DNA of 64,000 nt from the NCBI GenBank assembly GCA_002726275.1, contig PBSO01000025.1, forward strand, positions 2,147 to 66,146, written 5' to 3'. The notes under the pieces are model-generated. The model saw only the letters and a list, made by a program, of their open reading frames with translations. It did no database searches and had not been told where the DNA came from. The translations under genes and the position numbers were made by a program. Below, one piece after another: positions 57,611 through 64,000 of this stretch. The DNA comes from Methanobacteriota archaeon (lineage in GTDB: Archaea > Thermoplasmatota > Poseidoniia > Poseidoniales > Thalassarchaeaceae). The first letter of the stretch is position 1, and every line of letters begins with the position of its first letter.

Positions 57611-57943
57611 GTGACGGGCATTCCGGACCTAGAGGCGCGAAGGGCATCTCAACAGAAAAGGATCAGGATGATGCTCGATGCAATGAAGGCAGAGGACCAA
57701 GCCAAACTAAAGGGAGGCGAAAGCGCTGTTGCTTGGGTCAAAGAAGAGCAATGCATCGGATGCGACCAATGCACCATCGTATGCGATGATGATGCTATAG
57801 AATTGTACGATTCCCCATTAGCCAGTCCGATAATGGATATTGAAGTGAACAGAAAGGCCAAGATAATTCGTGAGGAGTGTACAGGGTGCCAGCTTTGTGT
57901 CTTGGCGTGCCCCACGGATGCGATACTGATGATTGACAGGTGA
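57611..57943 (+). CDS. 2x[4Fe-4S] ferredoxin
   Basis: CIGCDQCTIVCDDDAI and CTGCQLCVLACPTDAI are two C-x2-C-x2-C-x3-C(P) motifs. N-terminal 40-aa charged lead-in. Confidence 0.65.
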   Translation: MTGIPDLEARRASQQKRIRMMLDAMKAEDQAKLKGGESAVAWVKEEQCIGCDQCTIVCDDDAIELYDSPLASPIMDIEVNRKAKIIREECTGCQLCVLACPTDAILMIDR

Positions 57944-57947
57944 TGTA

Positions 57948-58241
57948 ATGGCTAGTGATGACCCAATTAGATTCGGCGCGGAATTTGGACCCAAAAGAAC
58001 AGAAAGGACAACTGGAGTATCTCTATCGACGTTCAAGAACCTAGTCTGGGTTTCCAACTTGGGAGGTCTTATTCTATGTGCCATAGCACTAGAATTCATG
58101 ATTACTGGCCAATTCCTCCTTGGCCTTGGATGTATGGTTGCAGGTGTCGCAATTGCCCTTTTCCCATCGAACTATGAGATTGTTGGGATGGAAGAGTCAT
58201 TTGAAATGAAAGAGGGTTCTGAAAGTGAAGAAGTCCAATAG
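57948..58241 (+). CDS. small membrane protein (hypothetical)
   Basis: Two hydrophobic helices (LGGLILCAIALEFMITGQFLLGLGCMVAGVAIALF). Start chosen at MASDDP to avoid overlapping the ferredoxin stop. The ORF-track start is 57933. Confidence 0.3.
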   Translation: MASDDPIRFGAEFGPKRTERTTGVSLSTFKNLVWVSNLGGLILCAIALEFMITGQFLLGLGCMVAGVAIALFPSNYEIVGMEESFEMKEGSESEEVQ

Positions 58242-58533
58242 AGATTTGACGAATTCTCTCGTCGGTACTGAATTCCAGAAATTGGTCTGGAGAGAATTGT
58301 TGAAAATTCCCAGAGGGGAAGTCAGAACATACAAGGAGATAGCCATATCAATAGGCCGTCCTAATTCATCCAGAGCTGTGGCTAATGCATGTGCTAGAAA
58401 CCCGTATGCACCGGATGTCCCTTGTCACAGAGTAATTCGCTCAAATGGGGAAATTGGAGGATACAGCTACCCTGGAGGCGTTTCCCTGAAGATCTCTTTG
58501 CTGGTAAATGAGGGTGCGATATTCCCTCGGTAA
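58225..58533 (+). CDS. ogt: methylated-DNA--protein-cysteine methyltransferase, C-terminal DNA-binding/active-site domain only
   Basis: FQKLVWRELLKIPRGEVRTYKEIAISIGRPNSSRAVANACARNPYAPDVPCHRVIRSNGEIGGY with intact PCHRV active-site motif. 102 aa with no N-terminal domain. Confidence 0.75.
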   Translation: MKKSNRDLTNSLVGTEFQKLVWRELLKIPRGEVRTYKEIAISIGRPNSSRAVANACARNPYAPDVPCHRVIRSNGEIGGYSYPGGVSLKISLLVNEGAIFPR

Positions 58534-58686
58534 CAAGATAGTCAGAAATAGACAATAAAAATTGCCAATGATGCAACTGATGCTATGACCCATGCCATGA
58601 TGTAAGTAGACTGGCTCAACTCTCCGTTGTTCCCATCGCTCATGGCCCTTCGAGAGTAAAGAAGGCTGTAAATCTAACCCGGCTGA

Positions 58687-59331
58687 CTACAGGAATGGAT
58701 ACATGATTACCAGTGCAGCCAGTGGTATCAGAATCATTGTTGCATTATCGTCTATGTACTTCAGAGAAGGCAATTCTCCCAAAACCGTAAATGGGGCCAG
58801 TACCAGTGCGGCTAACAGAGGCGTGCCGATCCATAAGTGGCAACCCAACCAAACAGTGAATGAGACCATTGTGCCAGCAACAATTGCTGTATTGAGGTCT
58901 TTCTTTATTCTCTTCACCTCGCCCATAACAGGATCCACAAAGGTCAATCCAAAAATCAGAGGAATACCATAAATCCCCCTCTCAATACCGGCTCCATCGC
59001 CCTCAGGGACGATTAGCAAGGCCAAGGCAACGGCTATTCCGCCCCATGCAAATGCGGAAATCTGTTCGGCCTCGTATTCCCTTTGGCCCACTACCACAAT
59101 CCCCCACCTAAGTCTAATGATTTCTAATAACAGAATAATGATCACTATCACACTAACTAGTTCTCTTGAGGAGATTGATAGGTAATCACCCATTTGATCC
59201 CCCTTCGTGTAATAAAGAATGGGAATCAGTGACATTGCGACATGGGTGAACCTTCTGAATGCATGACCACCGAATCCACCCACTGAATGGCCAACATGAT
59301 CGATGTCAAATGGAACTTCGGGCTCGGTCAT
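58687..59331 (-). CDS. polytopic membrane protein, possibly CTP-transferase/dolichol-kinase/CDP-archaeol-synthase superfamily
   Basis: 214 aa, ~6 TM helices. Conserved-looking LIFGLTFVDPVMGEVKRIKKD (D-x4-E-x2-G/KR pattern seen in CdsA/dolichol kinase-type enzymes). Weak assignment. Confidence 0.3.
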   Translation of the reverse strand: MTEPEVPFDIDHVGHSVGGFGGHAFRRFTHVAMSLIPILYYTKGDQMGDYLSISSRELVSVIVIIILLLEIIRLRWGIVVVGQREYEAEQISAFAWGGIAVALALLIVPEGDGAGIERGIYGIPLIFGLTFVDPVMGEVKRIKKDLNTAIVAGTMVSFTVWLGCHLWIGTPLLAALVLAPFTVLGELPSLKYIDDNATMILIPLAALVIMYPFL

Positions 59332-59344
59332 GGCATCACCGGAG

Positions 59345-60220
59345 TCAACTCAGCAATCTGTCTAATGCCTCATCCAGTGTTATACTTCCGGTTTCTAAAT
59401 CATCTAGCACGTCATCTAGCCCATCCGACATGATAAGCCGCGAGTCCCATATAGAAAGTAGTCTTTCAGTTATCCTTAGCCTGTTTCTCCAATCTGGTGA
59501 GGAGCATTTCTCAATTGCGACTACTAACTCCTCGACCCCCGATGAATTATGCGCTGAAACTAGATGTACTTCTGGGCGATTTTTATCGTTTCCCAATTCG
59601 AGCGAGGAACGAATTGAATCTGCTGCCCTTCTGGCACCTGGCTTATCTGACTTGTTGACTGCAATAATATCTGCGAGTTCTATGATGCCAGCCTTCTCGG
59701 CTTGTATGATGTCCCCCCTGTCAGGCCCATCAACCATCAGCACCCTATCGGCAAATGCAACTATTCTAGTCTCAGCCTGGCCAGATCCGACGGTCTCAAT
59801 GATTATTCTTGACCATCCGCAGTAACAGAGTAAATCGGCCATTGGAGACAAGAGGTGGGAGACTCCCCCTGGGTGACCCCGTGTAGCTAGGGATCTGAAG
59901 AAAACTGCGTCCCCTGAATCGGCTGAATCCATCCTCATTCGGTCTGCAAGAAGGGCCCCCCCGCTTCTGGGCGATGAGGGATCTACTGCCAATACTGCTA
60001 CCTTCTCGCCATTGTCCGCCCAGTACTCAACCAGTTTTCCAATTAGTGTGGACTTTCCCACTCCCGGAGGACCGGTGACTCCCAATGTCCAAGGCATCAC
60101 CTCTGGCAGTCCCAGTAGTTCGCCCTCTTCAATTCTGGAGAGGAGCCTAGCTAGAGACCTACGATCGCCCGATAGAGCAGCCTCAATTTGCTCTCCCAGA
60201 GGCGTCACTCCCAACGCCAT
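59345..60220 (-). CDS. meaB: methylmalonyl-CoA mutase-associated GTPase MeaB/ArgK
   Basis: P-loop GVTGPPGVGKSTLIGKL, AVLAVDPSSPRSGGALLADRMRM, and switch regions typical of MeaB. Confidence 0.8.
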   Translation of the reverse strand: MALGVTPLGEQIEAALSGDRRSLARLLSRIEEGELLGLPEVMPWTLGVTGPPGVGKSTLIGKLVEYWADNGEKVAVLAVDPSSPRSGGALLADRMRMDSADSGDAVFFRSLATRGHPGGVSHLLSPMADLLCYCGWSRIIIETVGSGQAETRIVAFADRVLMVDGPDRGDIIQAEKAGIIELADIIAVNKSDKPGARRAADSIRSSLELGNDKNRPEVHLVSAHNSSGVEELVVAIEKCSSPDWRNRLRITERLLSIWDSRLIMSDGLDDVLDDLETGSITLDEALDRLLS

Positions 60221-60642
60221 CCCGCCGACTGCCCGACACCTATTGGTTCGCCTTTCTCAATACGGTCATTACAAGCATCTAGGAAACTTAGAATTTCATC
60301 GGTTCGAGAGCCAGGTCCGAATATTGCCCTGACTCCCTGTTCAAAAACAAATTCTCTATCCCTATTGGGGATTATTCCCCCTGCGAAAACCATGACATCC
60401 CCAAGTCCTGCTTCACGGAGTCCATCACATATCTTTGGAATCAGAACGTCATGGGCACCCGATAGCGTAGAAAGACCGAGCGCCGATACATCCTCATCTG
60501 TGACGATACGGATAATCTCGGCAGGGGTCCTCCGTAAGCCTGTGTAGACGACTTCGTGACCACCGTCCCTCAGGGCCCGTGCAATTACCTTGGCCCCCCT
60601 ATCGTGACCATCGAGACCGGGTTTTGCGACCACTATTCGCAT
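60205..60642 (-). CDS. methylmalonyl-CoA mutase small subunit (cobalamin-binding domain)
   Basis: MRIVVAKPGLDGHDRGAKVIARALRDGGHEVVYTG with DxHxxG B12-binding motif (DGHDRGA) and SxL...GG pattern. Start at internal ATG 60642. Confidence 0.8.
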   Translation of the reverse strand: MRIVVAKPGLDGHDRGAKVIARALRDGGHEVVYTGLRRTPAEIIRIVTDEDVSALGLSTLSGAHDVLIPKICDGLREAGLGDVMVFAGGIIPNRDREFVFEQGVRAIFGPGSRTDEILSFLDACNDRIEKGEPIGVGQSAGWRWE

Positions 60643-60756
60643 ACTGTCTTCACATCTGCGAGTTGGTGACATGTCTTCAAGCAACCGCAGTATCGATATT
60701 TTGTCGTACTTCACTCAGGAAGGCATATTGACGGCCTCGTCCGTAATGGTACTGTA

Positions 60757-62310
60757 ATGCCTGCAGACGAAGCTCGGATCGAGGACCTCAGACGAAGAAA
60801 GGCCCAAGCTGAGGCTGGCGGGGGCCAAGCCAGGATTGCCGCTCAACATTCGAAGGGCAAGATGACTGCTAGAGAGAGAATTGGCCAGTTACTTGATGAG
60901 GGTTCTTTCATGGAGGTAGATCCCCTTGTAGAACACCGATGTAGGGACTTTGACATGGACAGGAATGTTATCCCCGGGGACGGAGTTGTGTGTGGTCACG
61001 GCACCATTGATGGGAGGACTGTGTACTGCTTCGCCCAAGATTTCACAGTTTATGGCGGATCTCTTGGAGAGATGCATGGCCTAAAAATATGCAAAATATT
61101 GGATATGGCACTAAAAACTGGTTCTCCAGTAATAGGGCTTAACGATAGTGGCGGGGCGAGAATACAGGAAGGAGTTGCAAGTCTAGGTTCGTATGCGGAG
61201 ATTTTCTTCAGGAATGTTCGAGCTAGTGGCGTTATTCCGCAGATTTCAGTAATAATGGGCCCATGTGCTGGTGGTGCGGTATATTCTCCTGCGATTACAG
61301 ACTTCGTTGTAATGGTTGACAAGACATCTCACATGTTCATAACTGGGCCGGAGGTCATCAAAACGGTCACAAACGAGGAAGTTAGTTTCGAAGACCTAGG
61401 GGGTGCGAGCACTCATGCTAGCAGATCTGGAGTAACTCACTTCACTACGGAAGATGACCAAGAGGCAATTGACGTTGTTAGGGAGTTAGTTGGACTATTG
61501 CCGTCAAACAATCTGGAGAAGCCAGTCCCACTTCCAACATCCGATCCAGTGGAGAGAGTGAGTGAGGAATTACAGGATCTGGTTCCAGATGATCCGAAGA
61601 AACCCTATGACATCATGACTGCAGTGACTGAGGTAGTAGATGATGGGGCATTCCTAGAGGTGCAGCAGGACTTCGCAAGAAACATCGTGGTTGGTTTTGG
61701 AAGGCTGGGCGGCCATACCGTTGGTGTCGTGGCAAATCAACCCGAAGTTCTAGCGGGTTGCTTAGACATTGATGCATCAGTCAAGGCTGCAAGATTCGTT
61801 AGATTCTGTGATGCTTTCAATATACCTTTACTCACGTTCGTAGATGTTCCCGGTTTCTTGCCCGGAGCGAGCCAAGAATGGGGCGGAATAATTAGACACG
61901 GGGCGAAGTTACTCTATGCGTATGCGGAAGCGACCGTGCCGAAACTTACAGTAATTACAAGAAAGGCATATGGTGGTGCCTACGACGTCATGTCTTCAAA
62001 GCATATCAGAGGCGACTACAACGTAGGTTGGCCTACTGCACAGCTGGCTGTTATGGGAGCAGAGGGGGCAGTTCAGATTATTCACAAAAGGAGGATTGAG
62101 TCATCTGGCAATCCCGAACAAGAGAGAGGGAGGCTCGTCGATGACTACACAGAGACGTTTGCAAATCCATACAGGGCCGCTGCCCTCGGCTACCTGGATG
62201 ATGTCATCCAACCCAGGGAGACAAGAATGGTGATGTCGAAAGCACTTGGTGCACTTCTAGAGAAGGAAGAGATTAGACCTGCTCGAAAACACGGCAACAT
62301 CCCACTGTGA
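60757..62310 (+). CDS. pccB: acyl-CoA (propionyl-CoA/methylmalonyl-CoA) carboxyltransferase beta subunit
   Basis: 517 aa. Two crotonase-like CT domains with [19 protein letters not shown] and VVANQP...[34 protein letters not shown] are typical of PccB/AccD5. Confidence 0.85.
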   Translation: MPADEARIEDLRRRKAQAEAGGGQARIAAQHSKGKMTARERIGQLLDEGSFMEVDPLVEHRCRDFDMDRNVIPGDGVVCGHGTIDGRTVYCFAQDFTVYGGSLGEMHGLKICKILDMALKTGSPVIGLNDSGGARIQEGVASLGSYAEIFFRNVRASGVIPQISVIMGPCAGGAVYSPAITDFVVMVDKTSHMFITGPEVIKTVTNEEVSFEDLGGASTHASRSGVTHFTTEDDQEAIDVVRELVGLLPSNNLEKPVPLPTSDPVERVSEELQDLVPDDPKKPYDIMTAVTEVVDDGAFLEVQQDFARNIVVGFGRLGGHTVGVVANQPEVLAGCLDIDASVKAARFVRFCDAFNIPLLTFVDVPGFLPGASQEWGGIIRHGAKLLYAYAEATVPKLTVITRKAYGGAYDVMSSKHIRGDYNVGWPTAQLAVMGAEGAVQIIHKRRIESSGNPEQERGRLVDDYTETFANPYRAAALGYLDDVIQPRETRMVMSKALGALLEKEEIRPARKHGNIPL

Positions 62311-62318
62311 GGTGAAAA

Positions 62319-62516
62319 ATGACTCCGGAACAAGATGAACAAAAGCTTCTCGCGGCTGCAATTATGGCAGTGATTCATTCAATGGAGGGCGGTGATGCAA
62401 TCGCCCCCTCTTCCTCTAGGGCAAAGGGAGATTCATGGTCCATGGACCACAGAAGAGTTCTCATCGGAAGAAGAAACCTGTTCCGGGCAAGAAGTAGAAG
62501 AAGCACGACTAGGTGA
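62319..62516 (+). CDS. small ORF between pccB and BCCP genes (hypothetical)
   Basis: 65 aa. Overlaps the extended track ORF of the BCCP gene in another frame. Could be a small carboxylase subunit or non-coding. Confidence 0.2.
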   Translation: MTPEQDEQKLLAAAIMAVIHSMEGGDAIAPSSSRAKGDSWSMDHRRVLIGRRNLFRARSRRSTTR

Positions 62517-62520
62517 TTTG

Positions 62521-62928
62521 ATGTCCGAAAAAAGGAAGGTCACGGTTGATGGGGAAGAGTTTGAAGTTATGATCGAGAAAGAAGGAGAGTCGTGGATTGT
62601 CCAGGTGGGGGGAAAGACATTCACAATAGAAATGGGAGAAAATCCCAATAGGGGAAAGGGTGTAAGAAAACCCAGAAATTCAAGAAAGGGGAAGGTCTCT
62701 GGAGTTGTTTCATCGCCCATACCTGGAAAGATTGTGTCCGTCAACATATCAGAAGGCGATGAGGTTAGCGAAGGTGATGTCATCATGGTGCTCGAAGCAA
62801 TGAAAATGCAGAATGAAATTCAGGCACCCATTGGAGGGGTAGTTACTGAATTGAATTGTTCACCTGGAGAGACGATTGAGGCTAATTCCCCCCTCATTGT
62901 AATCGATCCCGGAGAGGATGGGGGTTGA
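62521..62928 (+). CDS. biotin carboxyl carrier protein (biotinyl domain)
   Basis: GDVIMVLEAMKMQNEIQAPIGGVVTEL has biotin attachment Lys in the EAMKM motif. Start at ATG 62521. Confidence 0.75.
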   Translation: MSEKRKVTVDGEEFEVMIEKEGESWIVQVGGKTFTIEMGENPNRGKGVRKPRNSRKGKVSGVVSSPIPGKIVSVNISEGDEVSEGDVIMVLEAMKMQNEIQAPIGGVVTELNCSPGETIEANSPLIVIDPGEDGG

Positions 62929-62966
62929 ACATATGTATTCAATAGTGAATATACTGGGGGAGTGTT

Positions 62967-63197
62967 GTGCCGACCTGTGATTACCCCGGATGTAAAGTCG
63001 AGGGTACGAAGGTTAGCAGACTTTCTCCCGAGGGTTTCCTAGTAGCTACTGGAAACAAGGCCTACTCATTCAGGGAGGCATACAAGAGATTTCACTACTG
63101 CGGGGAACATCACGATGAATTGATGAAGTCAGTTTGGAATAGGGTTAGGTCAACGGATGGCAAAGGGGATGATCATGTTGCCCCGACTGCTATTTGA
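62967..63197 (+). CDS. small zinc-finger-like protein (hypothetical)
   Basis: 76 aa with CDYPGC ... HYCGEHH Cys/His cluster. Confidence 0.3.
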   Translation: MPTCDYPGCKVEGTKVSRLSPEGFLVATGNKAYSFREAYKRFHYCGEHHDELMKSVWNRVRSTDGKGDDHVAPTAI

Positions 63198-63866
63198 CTA
63201 AATTAGACCGAGTGCGTCCTCGATCCTATTCAATTCGGGACCGGTCGATCCTTCTCCAACCATGGCGTGATTATCACTAGCCGTACATCCCGCTCCTACG
63301 AATGGGGATCCGAAGCTAACGGTGCCAACCATCAATGGGACCCCTAGTGCGTCTTCTATCACACGAGCCTCTCCGGCTGTAATGTCAGGATGTGCCAGGA
63401 CCCCATTTGAGTTGGCGACCAGCATGCTACCAACCGTGTCATGGTTAGCCACCTTGCTTCTAACAGCATTAACCCCCAGTACCTCGCCTATCATGTCGGA
63501 GCCATTTGGCCCAGGGGGTATCACAGGACTCACTACGGCCCCAATGTCATTACACTCGACTAGGTTTCCAGCGGCATTTACCCCGCTCTGCATCACAACC
63601 ACATCTCCAAAACTAGTCAATTCGTCCAATTCAGCCTCTGTAGCTATGTCAGCAACAGCGATTCCCTTTCTATTCCCCTTTAGTAAACTGCCAATCAAAG
63701 AAGAGCCGCCTACCATGAATGGGTACATTTCCAATTCGAATGAAGATTGTAGCTCATGTTTAGCATCTTCACTCAGGGAGTGAGGGTGAAACAAAACATC
63801 GCCGACAACAGACAGGTAGACACCTACTTGGCTGTGTCCAAGAACGTCGCCTGTTGATATCCCCAT
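63198..63866 (-). CDS. eif6: translation initiation factor 6 (aIF6)
   Basis: 222 aa with the pentein-fold repeat pattern: repeated G..(V/L)...N..G.L(V/A).P motifs (GNLVECNDIGAVVSP, GSMLVANSNGVLAHP, GTVSFGSPFVGAGCTASDNHAMVG). Confidence 0.65.
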   Translation of the reverse strand: MGISTGDVLGHSQVGVYLSVVGDVLFHPHSLSEDAKHELQSSFELEMYPFMVGGSSLIGSLLKGNRKGIAVADIATEAELDELTSFGDVVVMQSGVNAAGNLVECNDIGAVVSPVIPPGPNGSDMIGEVLGVNAVRSKVANHDTVGSMLVANSNGVLAHPDITAGEARVIEDALGVPLMVGTVSFGSPFVGAGCTASDNHAMVGEGSTGPELNRIEDALGLI

Positions 63867-64000
63867 GCCGATCCCTGAGATTCCTGACCGTTGAGGTACT
63901 TGTGACTCTTACTGTTTCGAGTTGCGGGGTCCAGGACGCCCCAGATAGTTAACCGGGGCGCCCCGGGGTGAAGTAAAGAGGCACAGCGACGAACGTTCCC

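Noticed and set aside
1-64000. Search for CRISPR arrays, IS elements, integrases, rRNA genes
   Set aside because: I saw no direct-repeat/spacer periodicity, no transposase or integrase-like translations and no rRNA-like conserved stretches. The region appears to be core chromosome.

Overview
This 64-kb window looks like an ordinary chromosomal segment from an archaeon of about 50% GC. The gene content points to Thermoplasmatota, probably Marine Group II (Poseidoniales)-like, but that is an inference. Supporting features: an unsplit rpoB inside the rpoH-rpoB-rpoA'-rpoA''-rpl30e cluster, aCPSF1, proteasome beta, aIF6, a candidate RNase P Pop5, a candidate tRNA-splicing endonuclease, bacterial-type PlsC, many acidic secreted proteins with terminal TM anchors, and pnt, mdh, thyA-folA and methylmalonyl-CoA pathway genes. 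Coding density is high. I called 68 features: 63 CDS, two tRNAs (Pro-UGG, Lys-UUU, both minus strand) and three candidate regulatory elements. I found no CRISPR array, IS element or rRNA. The parts worth a second look are: (1) a tight five-gene operon (51478-57268) with a secreted G-C-x-C-H protein, a membrane protein, a Tat-signal Rieske protein, a cytochrome b, and a 929-aa fusion of a cytochrome b6f subunit-IV-like domain to an HdrD/GlpC-like [4Fe-4S]+CCG module, with a ferredoxin just downstream; (2) a paralogous secreted protein family sharing an N-terminal G-C-x-C-H motif, one copy in that operon and one next to pntB; (3) a similar N-terminal basic extension on both RpoH and RpoA'', with a credible HhH motif in RpoA''; (4) unusual fusions: S3Ae with a C-terminal SAP domain, and a HemK-like methyltransferase with BirA; (5) four paralogous coiled-coil (COG1340-like) proteins flanking a DtxR-FeoA regulator, a double-zinc-ribbon membrane protein and a perfect 19-bp palindrome that could be its operator; (6) a divergent FtsZ/tubulin-like GTPase next to Pop5, with a SepF-like gene elsewhere. 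All functional calls come from motifs read in the six-frame translations. No database search was possible.
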